DNA of 64,000 nucleotides from an uncultured Phycisphaerales bacterium (GTDB taxonomy: Bacteria; Planctomycetota; Phycisphaerae; Sedimentisphaerales; Anaerobacaceae). A model generated the notes under the pieces. That model saw only the letters and a list, made by a program, of their open reading frames with translations, did not search any database and was not told the origin of the DNA. Shown here piece by piece: positions 31,412-46,049 of this stretch. The position numbers and the translations under genes were made by a program. The DNA is taken from assembly GCA_963772725.1 (NCBI GenBank), contig CAVYYI010000003.1:1-64000 (forward strand), in the 5' to 3' direction. The first letter of the stretch is position 1. Every line of letters starts with the position of its first letter.

Positions 31412-31474
31412 GTCATACCTGCGAAAGCAGGTATCCATTTCAGAAAAGTGGATTCCCGCTTTTGCGGGAATGAC
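31412..31474 (+). repeat. Double-hairpin REP-like element, copy 1
   Basis: gtcatacctgcgaaagcaggtatcc-spacer-ggattcccgcttttgcgggaatgac. Confidence 0.85.
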
Positions 31475-31528
31475 CTTAGAAAAGAAAAAATTGTAAAAAA
31501 TTTATTTTTTAAAATTGGAGAAAGTAAT

Positions 31529-33636
31529 ATGAACCAAACTAATGAATCCATAACAGCAATATTCGGGTCAAATGTTTTTAATGAGAGAGTGATGCGGGAA
31601 CGCTTACCCAAAAACATTTATAAATCCTTCAAGCAGACAATCAACGGCAATCAGCCGCTTGACTCTGCTGTCGCCAATGTGATTGCCAACGCGATGAAAG
31701 ACTGGGCGATTGAAAAAGGTGCGACGCACTTTTGTCACTGGTTTCAGCCGATGACAGGGCTTACCGCGGAGAAACATGACTCTTTCATTTCACCAACATC
31801 CGATGGCGGAACTATAATGGAATTCAGCGGCAAAGAATTGATTCAAGGCGAACCGGACGCTTCTTCGTTTCCATCGGGCGGACTGCGGGCGACCTTTGAA
31901 GCGAGAGGATATACGGCATGGGACTGCACATCTCCGGTTTTTATCAAAGAAAACGGCAAGAATATGCGTTGTATATTCCCTGTGCGTTTTGTTCCTACAC
32001 CGGTGTTGCCCTGGATAAAAAAACTCCTTTACTGCGTTCGATGGATGCGCTGAACAAACAGGCAGTACGGGTGCTTAAAGATACTTGGTAATGAAACTAC
32101 ACAAAAAGTTATGGCAACATTGGGGCCGGAACAGGAATATTTTCTGGTGGACCGTTCGTTTTTTGAAAAACGACTTGACCTCATCCTGACGGGCAGAACG
32201 CTTTTTGGCGCCGCTTCGCCTCGCGGACAGGAAATGGAAGACCACTATTTCGGTACTCTTCACGAACGAGTCGCAGCTTTATGCACGATGTAAATATCGA
32301 ATTGTGGAAACTGGGCGTTTCCGCCAAGACGCAGCATAATGAAGTCGCTCCGGCACAGTATGAACTGGCGCCGGTATTTGCAACGGTCAATGTCGCTACG
32401 GACCATAATCAGGTGGTGATGGAAACGATGCAGAAAGTAGCTTTGAGGCATGATTTTGTATGTCTGCTTCACGAAAAACCTTTTGCGGGAGTGAACGGTT
32501 CGGGCAAACACAATAACTGGAGCATGGTAACGGATGACGGCATCAATCTCTTGAGCCGGGCAAGACACCGCATGACAACATGGTGTTCCTTGTTATTCTT
32601 TGTGCCGTGATACGCGCGGTGGACAAATATGCAAAGATGCTTCGTGCCAGCGTTGCCAATGCGGGCAACGAACATCGTCTCGGCGCCAATGAAGCGCCTC
32701 CGGCGATAGTTTCAATTTTCCTCGGCGAGCAGTTGACGGATATTCTCGAACAGATTGCGGCTGGCAGCGCCAAATCATCGAAACAGGGCGGCGAACTGAA
32801 ACTCGGTGTCTCAACTCTGCCGCCTTTGCCGAAGGACAGCACCGACCGAAACCGAACATCGCCTTTGCCTTTACCGGCAATAAATTCGAATTCCGTATGG
32901 TCGGCTCTTCGCAGTCAACAGCCGGGCCGATGTTTGTGCTTAATACAATTGTCGCGGATATTCTGTGTGAAATTGCGGATGAACTTGAAAAGGCAAAGGA
33001 TGTTAAATCGGCGACGCAAAAGATTCTGCAGAAGATCGCCAAAGAGCATCGGCGTATTATTTACAATGGCGACAACTATACTGCTGAATGGGTAACAGAA
33101 GCGGAAAAACGAGGTTTGCCCAATATGCGTTCAACCGTTGAGGCGCTTAAACACGATGATGGACAAAGAAAATGTTTCGCTTTTTGTAAAACATAACGTC
33201 CTTGCGAAGGTTGAACTGCACGCCCGGATGGAAATATCTGTACGAAAATTATGTCAAGACAATAAACATAGAAGGGCTGACAATGCTTAATATCGCCAAG
33301 CGGCAGATATTGCCAGCGGTAGTAAATTATTCTCGGCAAGTAGCCAAAGCCGTTAAGACGGTAAGTGAATCTGGCGCAAAATCACAAGCTCACAACGCCC
33401 TGCTTTTAAAAGTATGCGATTTGATAAACTCGATGCAACAAGCGATTGGAGCACTTGAATCGGCATTGGGCAAAGCAGGGAAAATAGCGGAAATTTCCAA
33501 ACGGGCAAAGGAATATCGTGACAGCGTGATACCGGCGATGCAGGAACTAAGACGGTTTGCCGATGAACTTGAGATGATAGTTGACGCCGATTTATGGCCG
33601 CTACCTACTTACGCAGAAATGTTATTTCTGAGATAA
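31529..33636 (+). CDS. glnA: Glutamine synthetase type III; multiple frameshifts
   Basis: [88 protein letters not shown]. Confidence 0.92.
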
Positions 33637-33673
33637 CTTATGCTGAATCAGAACGTAAACTAAGATTCGTCCC

Positions 33674-33712
33674 AAAAGCCCTGAGACTTAAAATTTAAAC
33701 TCAGGGCTTTTT
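33674..33712 (+). terminator. Rho-independent terminator
   Basis: aaaagccctgag...ctcagggcttttt. Confidence 0.8.
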
Positions 33713-33844
33713 AAACAAAAGACTATAAAATACTATGATGTTAATTTATACTATTTATTAGACGGATGTTAGCTCGTAAATGTGCATTTTGACGTATAAT
33801 AATAGAGAAGTGTAATAAATAGAAAAAATGAGGAGACTATCGAG

Positions 33845-36800
33845 TTGAACGATCAGGGTTTATATGAAGCAAGACGAGAACACGGCTCCTGCGGTATAGG
33901 TGCGGTAGTCAATATAAACGGACAACATGACCATTCGATAATTGAATACGGCAAGCAGATTTTACTGAATTTGCACCATCGCGGGGCCGCCGGCGCTGAT
34001 GAGGTTACTGGCGACGGTGCGGGGATTTTATTTCAAATTCCGCATGAGTTTTTTACTGCGGAGAGCGAAAGGCTTAAATTTTCACTACCTGAACCGTTCG
34101 CTTATGGCGTTGGAATGGTTTTTGGTTCGCAGAACTCGAAAATACACAGTTCGTGCGACGCAATTCTCGAAGGTGCGATTACTCATTATGGAATGAAAGT
34201 GTAATCGGATGGCGGGAGGTACCCACATCCAATAACTGCCTGGGTAAAATAGCTCTTGCCGCTGAACCTTCCATCAGGCAGATTTTCATCGATGGAAAAG
34301 GACTGAAAAATGAGGAACTTGGAGGTACGTTTGTACCTGGCGCGCAAGCGGGCTGAAAAGCTTGTTAGGGAAAAATTCGGGGAGCAGGGGCGAGATTTTT
34401 ATATAACCTCTCTATCGTGCAGAACAATCTGCTACAAAGGTATGTTTATGGCGTGGCAGTTATTCGCGTATTATCCCGACCTGGCGGAAAAACGAATCTT
34501 AAATCCGCCCTGGCGATTGTTCATCAGCGATACAGCACAAATACGTTTCCAAACTGGCGTTTGGCCCAGCCATTTCGCTGCATAGCGCATAACGGCGAAA
34601 TAAATACGCTCAGCGGCAATCGTAATTCATATGCAAGCCCGTGAGACAAAAATGTCAAGCGAGCGGTTCGGCGACGAATATAGCTGATTTGCTTCCTGTG
34701 CTGACACCTGAGATCGAGCGACTCTGCGTGTTTTGACAACGCTCTGGAGCTTTTGGTTCGTTCAGGCCGAAGCATGCCGCACTCGATGATGATGATGATT
34801 CCGGAGGCATTCGGTGCAAAATATCATATCAGCACTGACAAACGCGCGTTCTATGAATATCACTCCTCGATAATGGAACCGTGGGATGGGCCTGCGGCAA
34901 TGGTATTTACCGACGGCAGAATTATAGGCGGGACACTCGACCGCAACGGTCTGAGGCCGTGCCGCTATTTTGTTACGACGGACGGTCTGGCGATAATGGC
35001 CAGCGAGGCCGGCGTTGTCGAATTTCCGCCTGAAAAAATAAGCAGAAAAGGGCGGCTTCAGCCGGGCAATATGTTCCTGGTCGATACCGTCGAAGGCCGG
35101 ATAATTACCGACAATGAAATAAAAAGCAAAATTGCCCGGCAGAGACCATATCGGCGATGGCTTGAGGAAAACCGGATTGAGCTGCGGGGGCTGTTCGATG
35201 CGCCGAAACTGGTGCCGAGCGACCCTGAAACAATATTCCGCAGGATGCGGGTGTTCGGTTATACCCGCGAAGAGCTGAAAATGATTTTAACGCCGATGGC
35301 GGTCAACGGTCAGGAGCCGGTCGGCTCGATGGGCAACGATGCTCCTCTGGCGGTGCTTTCCGACAGGCCGAAACTTGTTGTTTGATTATTTCAAACAGCT
35401 TTTTGCACAGGTAACAAATCCTCCGATAGACCCGCTTCGTGAAGGACTGGTGATGAGTCTTATGTCGTTTACGGGCAAGAAACGCAATATTCTTGCTGAA
35501 ACGCCGGAACACTGCCGGCAGCTTAAACTGCCGCATCCCGATTCTGACCAATGAAGACATTGAACGGCTACGGTCGGTGAATCGCGAGGATTTCAGCGTT
35601 GCAACAATTTCCGCCGTGTTTGACGCTGATCAAACCAGATGCCGGCAGCAGGCTTTGCAACAAGGGCCTTGAGTACATTGGTTGAGTCACGCTGAAAAAG
35701 CGATCAGGGACGGAGCATCACTGATAATTATCAGCGACCGTGATGTCATCGCAGACAAAAGCTCCGATTCCGTCGCTGCTGGCGACATCGGCGGTGCATC
35801 ACGGTTTGCTTGAAAAGGGACTTCGCGGCGAAGCAGGCTTGATTGTCGAAAGCGGCGAGCCGAGAGAGGTAATGCATTTTTGTCTTTTATGCGGTTTCGG
35901 AGCAAACGCGGTAAATCCGTACCTGGCGTTCGAAGCGCTCGATGAACTGCATCGACAAGGACAGTTTCCCGGCAAAAATGGATCCGACACAGATAGCGGA
36001 TAATTATATCGCTGCGGTCAAAAAAGGCATTCTCAAGACGATGAGCAAAATGGGAATATCGACGCTTCGCAGTTATCATCGGCGCGCAGTTATTCGAGGC
36101 GATCGGGTTAAGCCATGACCTTGTAGATGAATATTTTACAGGGACAAGCTCACGAATCGGCGGAATCGGTCTTGAGGAAATTGCGCAGGAGGCGATTGCG
36201 CGTCACAAATCCGGTTTCGAGCAGCGTCCCGCCGGGGCGCTTGGACTGGATTTTGGCGGAGAATATCAATTCAGGCACGATGGCGAAGTATCATCTCTGG
36301 AATCCGACAACGGTATCGCAGCTTCAGCAAGCAGTAAAATATAATGATGCCGAAAGCTTATGCTGATTATGCAAAAGCGATAAATGACCAGTCAGAAAAA
36401 CTATGTACGCTGCGGGGATTGTTTGAATTTGTACCCGGGCAAGCCTGTGCCGATTGAAGAGGTTGAACCGGCCAGTGAAATTGTCAAACGATTCTGCACC
36501 GGCGCGATGAGTCACGGCTCAATCAGCAAAGAGACACACGAATGCCTGGCGATCGCGATGAACCGGATAGGCGGGATGAGCAATACCGGCGAAGGCGGCG
36601 AAGACCCGGCACGATACATGCCAGAAGCCAAACGGCGATTCAAGAAACTGCGCGATAAAACAGGTCGCCAGCGGAAGATTCGGCGTAACAATAAATTATC
36701 TGGCTCATGCGAAAGAGCTTCAGATAAAAATAGCTCAGGGCGCAAAACCCGGCGAGGGCGGGCAATTGCCCGGACATAAAGTAACACGAGGAAATCGCCA

Positions 36801-38415
36801 CGACTGCGGTATTCAACGCCCGGCGTAACGCTAATATCGCCTCCGCCACATCACGATATATATTCCATTGAGGATTTGGCGCAGCTAATATATGACCTCA
36901 AATGCAGCAATCCCGGAGTAAAAGTTTCGGTCAAGTTGGTTGCTGAAGTCGGCGTGGGTACAATCGCGGCGGGTGTCGCAAAAGGCAACGCCGACGAAGT
37001 TCTTATAAGCGGTCACGACGGCGGCACAGGCGCAAGTCCGCTATCCTCAATCAAACATACCGGCTGTCCGTGGGAACTGGGTGCTGGCCGAAACTCAACA
37101 GGTGCTGGTAATGAACAACCTGCGTGACAGAATCAGCGTACAGGCGGATGGTCAGATGAAAACCGGCAGAGATATTGTTATCGCGGCATTACTGGGAGCG
37201 GAGCGGTTCGGATTTGGGACTGCCGCTCTTGTAACACTGGGCTGTACGCTGCTGCGCAAATGCCACGAGGGAGCATGTCCCTTCGGGATAGGCACGCAGG
37301 ACCCTGAACTGCGAAAGCGATTTGCCGGAAAGCCGGAATATATCGAACGGTTTATGCTATTCGTAGCCGAGGAGGCGCGGCAGATTATGTCGCAACTCGG
37401 ATTTAAAAAATTCGATGATATGATTGGCAAAGTCGAGCTGCTTGGGATGAATAAGGCTATAAGTCACTGGAAAACAAAAGGTCTGGATTTCTCAGCCATA
37501 TTTTACCAGTTAAAGTCAACTGATAACGGAGCAAAAAGAAGGATTAACGCCCAGGTAAATAAACTCAATGACCATGTGGACTGGGAACTTTTGAAAAAAT
37601 TAAAACCTGCCATTGACGCAAAGAAAAAGACTTCGATTGAAATGCCAATCAGAAATGTTAATCGAACCGTGGGGACAATTCTGAGTAATTACATAAATAA
37701 AACTCATGGTCAGCAGGGGCTTGCCGGACAACACACTGGAAATTGTTTTCAGAGGTTCGGCGGGCCAGAGCTTCGGCGCATTTCTGCGCCAGGTGTAACG
37801 CTGAGACTTATCGGCCAGAGCAACGATTACGTGGGCAAAGGTCTGTCAGGCGGACGAATAGTTATTCAGACTCCTGAATGTTCGCCCTTTACCGCACATG
37901 AGAATATTATCGTAGGTAATACCGTTCTTTACGGCGCGACATCCGGCGAGGTGTTTATCAACGGAATGGCGGGTGAAAGATTTGCCGTACGAAACAGCGG
38001 CGTTTCGGCGGTTGTTGAAGGTGTAGGCGACCACTGCTGCGAATATATGACCGGCGGACTGGTTGTGGTGCTGGGAAAAACAGGATGCAACTTTGCCGCG
38101 GGGATGAGCGGAGGTATGGCTTATGTACTCGATGAGGCACAGTTGTTCGATACGATGTGCAATCTCGATATGGTTGAACTGGAAAGCGTCTGGAAGCAGG
38201 CGGATAAAGATTTGTTATACGAATTGATTCAGCGTCATTTGAAATGGACTAAAAGCGCCCGCGCGCAGCAGATTCTTAACGCATGGCCTGATATGGTAGG
38301 CAAATTTGTGAAAGTTATACCTATAGATTACGCAAGAGCGCTGCAGAAAATGCGAGCGGCAGAACAGCGGGACACTGAAACTACTCCCGCGACAGAAGAG
38401 GTGTTCCATGGGTGA
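33845..38415 (+). CDS. gltB: Glutamate synthase large subunit; many frameshifts
   Basis: [84 protein letters not shown]. Confidence 0.95.
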
Positions 38416-39832
38416 GATAAAAGGTTTTTTGAAATATAAACGAGAAGAAGTCGCGCATCGTCCCGTAGAGCAAAGGATACATGATTTCAAGGAAGTTGAC
38501 CTTCCTCTTACGCCAGAACAGATTCACGAACAAACAGCAAGGTGCATGGATTGCGGAATACCTTTTTGCCACGCTTTCGGGTGTCCTCTGCGAAACTCGA
38601 TACCGGACCTTAATGACCTTATTTACACGGGCAAATGGCGAGACGCGTGTGAGCTTTTACATTTAACAAACAATTTTCCGGAAATCACAGGCAGGGTATG
38701 CCCCGCTCCGTGCGAATCGGCGTGTACGTTATCCATCAGCGACAAACCTGTTCTAATAAGACATATCGAATTTCAGATTGTCGAGCGGGGATTCGAACAG
38801 GGCTGGATTAAACCTTTGCGAGCAGCCCGCCGCACAGGCAAACGTGTTGCGGTAATAGGTTCAGGGCCGGCTGGTTTGGCCGCCGCGCAGCAATTGGCAA
38901 GGCTGGGACATGATGTAGTTGTCTTTGAAAAAAGTGAACGGCCGGGAGGCCTGCTGCGTTACGGTATTCCGGATTTCAAACTCGAGAAACGCGTTATAGA
39001 CCGCAGATTACAGCAACTGGCATCTGAAGGCGTCGAGTTTCAGACCGGCCTTTGCGCAGGAGAGGACATATCCGCAAGGTATCTGCAGAAGATGTTTGAC
39101 GGTATCTGCCTGGCGATGGGGGCAGGAGAGCCGCGAGACCTGAATGTTCCGGGCAGAGGATGCGAAAATATTTTATTCGCGATGGATTATCTGACCGCGC
39201 AGAATAAGTATAACACGGGCGAGGCTGCAGATGACTCACCGGGAATCACCGCTAAGGACAAGGTTGTAGTCGTAATAGGCGGTGGTGATACAGGCAGCGA
39301 TTGTGTTGGAACAGCCCGCAGGCAGAACGCAAAGAAAATATATCAGTTCGAGATTTTGCCCAAGCCGCCGGAAGAGCGTCCTTCGGATACTCCGTGGCCT
39401 ATGTGGCCGCGAATTATGAGAACGTCCTCATCGCATGAGGAAGGATGCGAACGGCGGTGGAGCATAATGACCAAAAAATTCTCAGGCGGCGCAGGAATCA
39501 AACTTGAAGAATTACACTGCTGCGAGGTGGAATGGGAAAAAAAGGCAGACGGCTGGAAATTAAAAGAGCTGCCGGGTACCGATTTTATTCTTAAAACCGA
39601 TATGGTGATTCTGGCACTGGGTTTTACACACGTTGTTCACGAAGGACTTGTTCAAGGCCTTGATTTGCGATCGGATAAACTCGGCAACGTATCAGTGGAA
39701 AATTATCAGACCAGCAATCCGCGAGTATTCGCCACAGGCGATACCGTAAGCGGCGCATCCCTGGTTGTTCGCGCTATCGATAGCGGACGATGCGCAGCGG
39801 CAGCTATCGACCAATGGTTAAGCGAAAAATGA
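38408..39832 (+). CDS. gltD: Glutamate synthase small subunit
   Basis: RCMDCGIPFC, TNNFPEITGRVCPAPCE, GSGPAGL, GGGDTGSDC, GASLVVRAI; overlaps the gltB stop. Confidence 0.96.
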   Translation: MGEIKGFLKYKREEVAHRPVEQRIHDFKEVDLPLTPEQIHEQTARCMDCGIPFCHAFGCPLRNSIPDLNDLIYTGKWRDACELLHLTNNFPEITGRVCPAPCESACTLSISDKPVLIRHIEFQIVERGFEQGWIKPLRAARRTGKRVAVIGSGPAGLAAAQQLARLGHDVVVFEKSERPGGLLRYGIPDFKLEKRVIDRRLQQLASEGVEFQTGLCAGEDISARYLQKMFDGICLAMGAGEPRDLNVPGRGCENILFAMDYLTAQNKYNTGEAADDSPGITAKDKVVVVIGGGDTGSDCVGTARRQNAKKIYQFEILPKPPEERPSDTPWPMWPRIMRTSSSHEEGCERRWSIMTKKFSGGAGIKLEELHCCEVEWEKKADGWKLKELPGTDFILKTDMVILALGFTHVVHEGLVQGLDLRSDKLGNVSVENYQTSNPRVFATGDTVSGASLVVRAIDSGRCAAAAIDQWLSEK

Positions 39833-40000
39833 TTCGTCGCCCATGAAGCGTATCTCGATACTTTGGCAGATTATTTAGCTGGCAATACTGATATTTATCT
39901 TTATAATGCTCCGGTAAAAATTCCCGGGCTGGAAAACAGTTATGTCCGTAATACGATAAACAGCGACATTTTTTCGTAAGGAGTTGAAAGAAACAGGAAA

Positions 40001-43000
40001 ATGCCGAAACGTAAAGATATTCATAAAATATTAATAATAGGTTCAGGCCCTATCGTTATAGGCCAAGGTTGCGAGTTTGATTATTCCGGCGCTCAGGCCT
40101 GTAAAGTTCTCAGACAGCAGGGATACAAAGTTGTGCTCGTCAACAGCAACCCGGCTACAATTATGACAGACCCTGAGATGGCGGATAGAACTTACATCGA
40201 GCCCATAACTCCTGAGATGGTGGAGATAATAATACGCAAGGAAAGACCTGACAGCCTTTTGCCAACGCTTGGCGGGCAGACGGGACTTAATACGGCTGTT
40301 GCCCTGGCGGAAAATGGTGTGCTGAAAAAATATAATGTCAAACTGCTTGGCGCAAATCTCGCCTCAATTAAACGGCGGAAGAACGAGACCTCTTTAAGAA
40401 GACTATTTTAGACTGCGGCCTCGACGTACCGCAAAGCGGCTACGCCCATTGCTGGGAAGATGCCGAAGAAATCGTAAGGAAGCTTGGCTTTCCTGTTATC
40501 ATTCGACCTTCTTATACTCTGGGCGGAATGGGCGGAAACGTCGCCTACAACATGGAAGAATATAAAGAGTTCGTTCTGTGGGGGCTTAATTTAAGCCCAA
40601 AGAGCGAAGTTCTTATCGAGGAATCTGTTGTCGGCTGGAAAGAATACGAACTGGAAGTGATGAGGGACCACAAAGACAACGTAGTTATCGTATGTTCCAT
40701 CGAAAATTTCGACCCGATGGGCATTCACACCGGCGACAGCATCACAGTCGCACCGGCACAGACACTGACCGACAAAGAATACCAGATAATGCGAGATGCC
40801 GCCATCAAAATCATAAGAGCGATAGGCGTTGAAACGGGCGGTTCGAATATTCAGTTCGCCGTCAATCCCAAAAATGGGAAACTCTATGTTATTGAAATGA
40901 ACCCCCGCGTATCACGAAGTTCCGCGCTGGCGTCCAAAGCCACCGGTTTTCCAATTGCAAAGATAGCCTCCCTGCTTGCGGTCGGTTATACTCTCGATGA
41001 AATTCCCAACGACATAACAAAAAAGACGCCCGCGTGCTTTGAGCCGACGATCGACTATTGCGTTGTCAAATGGCCGCGTTTTACATTTGAAAAATTTCCC
41101 AATACCCGGCCCGAACTGACTGTCCAGATGAAGTCCGTCGGCGAAGCAATGGCGATAGGCCGAACATTCAAGGAAGCTTTCCAAAAGGCCATCCGCTCGC
41201 TCGAAATCGACCGGTATTCGCTCGACGCCAGGCATATTGACAGCGAAATTACGACTGCCTAAACTTAAGGATAAACTGCGAACAAACTGCTGGGATAAAG
41301 TCTGGTATGTCGCCGAGGCCATTCGCAGGAAAATGTCTGTGGAAGAAATTTTCAGCCTTACAAAAATCGATCCGTGGTTTCTTAATAACATAAAGGACAT
41401 TGTCCGATTTGAGGAAAAGATAAAATCCTGCACGCTTGAAAAATTCAACCGCTCGTTTATGACGCCAAGCCAAAAAATACGGTTTCAGCGACAAGTATCT
41501 CGCTTCGGTCTTTAATGTCAGTGAACCGCAATTTCGAGCTCATCGCAACAAACTCGGTATAAATGCCGTTTATAAAACCGTTGATACCTGCGGCGCGGAA
41601 TTCGAGGCAAGCACCCCCTACCTCTATTCGACTTACGAAAGCCAATGCGAAGCAAATCCTACCAAGCCGCCGCAAGGTTATTATACTCGGCGGCGGTCCC
41701 AACCGTATAGGTCAGGGTATCGAGTTCGATTACTGCTGCGTTCATGCGGCCTTTGCGCTTAAAGAAATTGGCATCGAATCGATTATGGTAAACTGCAACC
41801 CGGAAACCGTCAGCACTGATTACGACACTTCCGACAGGCTTTATTTCGAGCCGCTGACATTCGAAGATGTGATGTCAATTGTGGAAAAAGAAAAACCGGA
41901 TGGTGTAATCGTACAGTTCGGCGGCCAGACACCTCTTAAACTCGCGGTTCCGCTCGAAAAAGCAGGAGTAAAAATAATAGGAACTTCTCCTGACAGCATC
42001 GATATCGCCGAAGACCGCAAACGCTTTAATAAACTTGTCGAATAAGCTTAAACTGCGTCAGCCTGAAAGCGGCACGGCTATGACCTATGCGGAAACACTG
42101 CGGATAGTAAATAAACTGGGCTATCCTGTGCTGATTCGTCCTTCGTTTGTGCTTGGCGGGCGGGCGATGGATGTCGTATATGACCAGAAATCCCTCGAAG
42201 ACTGCGTTAAAAAAGCCATTGACGCTTCCGCCGAGCCATCCGATTCTTATAGATAAATTTCTTGACGATGCCGCGGAACTCGATGTCGATGCCATCTGTG
42301 ACGGCAAAAAAGTCGTAATCGGCGGTATAATGGAGCATATCGAAGAGGCCGGTGTCCATTCCGGCGACAGTGCTTGCTCTCTTCCGTCGGTATCACTGAG
42401 CAAAAAAATCCTTCACGAAATTGAACGCCAGACAAAACTTCTCGCCCTTTCGCTCAAAGTGAAAGGTCTGATTAATATTCAGTTTGCCGTAAAGAATGAA
42501 GTGCTTTACATACTGGAGGTAAATCCACGGGCATCGAGAACTATCCCGTTTGTCAGCAAAGCCATCGGCGTTCCTCTGGCCAAACTCGCCGCAAAAATAA
42601 TGACGGGCAAAACTCTTGACGAACTGGACTTCACCAAAGAAGTCTGCCGAAATTATTACTCCGTCAAAGAAGCGGTGTTCCCGTTTTTGAAATTCCCCGG
42701 AACCGATAGTATCTTAGGCCCCGAAATGCTGTCAACAGGGGAAGTGATGGGCCTATCTGACGATTACGGTATCGCGTTTGCGAAATCGCAAATGGCCGCT
42801 GGAAACACACTTCCCGCCAAAGGCAACGTATTTTTCAGCGTCAGAGACTCCGATAAGAAAAAAGCAGCTGAAATCGCGCAGAAATTACATCAGTTGGGTT
42901 TCAAAATTTTCGCTACCAAAGGCACTTGCAATCGCGTTTATCGAAAATAATGTTCCCAACTGAATTTGTCCTTAAAGTCACAGAGGGCCGACCGAACATT

Positions 43001-43238
43001 ATGGACTTAATGATAAATAAAAAAATCGACCTTATTATAAATACTACCGCCGCGAATATGGCAGACGGTTGCAGATTCGTTTTCCATCCGTAGAACCGCA
43101 CTTGACCGGCAGATACCTTATGTTACGACAATAAGAGGCGCGGTGGCGGTCGCAAAAGCCATCGAGTCTCTGCGAAAAGGGAAATTAGATGTTAAACCGA
43201 TTCAATTGTATTATCATTCGAAAGGACAGATAAAGTGA
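40001..43238 (+). CDS. carB: Carbamoyl-phosphate synthase large subunit; frameshifted
   Basis: [74 protein letters not shown]. Confidence 0.96.
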
Positions 43239-44357
43239 AAGCCATTTTGTTGCTCGAAGATGGGACTGTTTTTGAAGGCACATCCTTTGGTGCTAAAGGA
43301 TACAAATGCGGCGAGGTCGTTTTCAATACCGCTATGACCGGTTATCAGGAAATTCTCACCGACCCGTCTTATAACGAACAGATTATCACAATGACGTATC
43401 CGCTCATCGGCAACTACGGCACAAACAGCGCTCGACACCGAATCGCGGAAGATTTTCGCCGCCGGTTTTATCGTCAAGGAAAACTGCGATTACCCCAGCA
43501 ACTGGCGAAATAAAAAACCGCTCGGCGAATATCTGAAAAAAAATAACATCGTCGGCTCTCGAAGGCATCGACACAAGAAAGCTCGTCAAGCACATTCGCA
43601 CCAAAGGGGCAATGAGGGGGATAATTTCATCCGCGGAACTGAATATCGCCAAACTCAGCAAAAACTGCTGCAATACCCCGGACTTGTCGGCAGAGATATT
43701 GTCAAAGATGTTACTGCCAAGAAGCCTTATGCGTGGGATAACGGCATAGTGAATGTTTTGACGTAAGGAGAAAAGCCTGCCGCCGAAGAAATATAAAGTG
43801 GTCGCCTTCGATTACGGCATCAAGCAAAATATCCTCAGACTGCTTGCGTTCGCACGGCTGCAATGTCCAGGTCGTTCCCGCACAGACATCGGCACAGGAC
43901 GTCTTGAAATACAAACCGGACGGCATCTTCCTTAGTAACGGCCCCGGCGACCCGGCGGCGGTCAACTTATGCTATTGAAACTGTTCGCAAACTTCTCGGC
44001 AAAGTACCTATATTCGGAATCTGTCTTGGACATCAGCTTCTTGGCTTGGCACTCGGCGGCAAAACTTATAAACTGAAATTCGGACATCGCGGCGCAAACC
44101 ACCCGGTTAAAAATCTCAAAACCGGCAAAATCGAAATTACCAGCCAGAATCACGGCTTCTGCGTCGATATCGATTCTTTGAAACATAAAGACGTTGAGCT
44201 TACGCATATAAATCTCAATGATAATACGCTCGAGGGCTTTATGTGCAAAAAAATAAAGGCCTTTGCCGTCCAGTATCACCCCGAAGCCTCCCCAGGCCCG
44301 CACGATTCAAACTATCTTTTCGATACTTTCACAGAAATGATGGATCCGGCAAAATGA
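43235..44357 (+). CDS. carA: Carbamoyl-phosphate synthase small subunit; frameshifted
   Basis: [69 protein letters not shown] overlap with carB. Confidence 0.95.
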
Positions 44358-44453
44358 AATAGCCCCACATAAGAACCAAACTTCGGGCGATAGCTTTGTT
44401 CTTAACCCACATTTTCTACCGCTGAGCGGCTGTGTTAGATTTCAAGGATTTTT

Positions 44454-45770
<1,317 letters not shown>

Positions 45771-45792
45771 TTATACTTTATGCATTGCGATT

Positions 45793-45864
45793 GCGGGTGT
45801 AGCTCAGTGGTAGAGCGTCACGTTGCCAACGTGAATGTCGTGAGTTCAAGCCTCATCACCCGCT
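45793..45864 (+). tRNA. tRNA-Gly(GCC)
   Basis: gcgggtgtagctcagtggtagagcg-tcacg-tt-GCC-aa-cgtga...gttcaag...cacccgct; promoter TTGCAA...TATACT at 45750-45777. Confidence 0.95.
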
Positions 45865-46049
45865 TTGACAATACTATGAAACCATAGTATCGGCGAGTTA
45901 CCGGCTAATAGTAGTTGGCGTTGGTCGCCGATATGCTTGCATCCCAAAGGGGCTGGAACCTGCTAAGACTGGCTAAGGGAATGTGTATCCCAAAGCCTTT
46001 TTTTTATTAACAACAAGAAGTCAGAAAATGAGCGTTTAGGAGCATCAAA

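Noticed and set aside
31448..31528. N-terminal extensions MDSRFCGND... (also 62958-63008) and ...WIPAFAGMT (59447-59569)
   Set aside because: These are translations of the REP-like repeat; better starts with RBS lie downstream.
45945..45985. TPP riboswitch (gaacctg...agggaa resemblance)
   Set aside because: It lacks the CTGAGA element, and no thiamine gene lies downstream.
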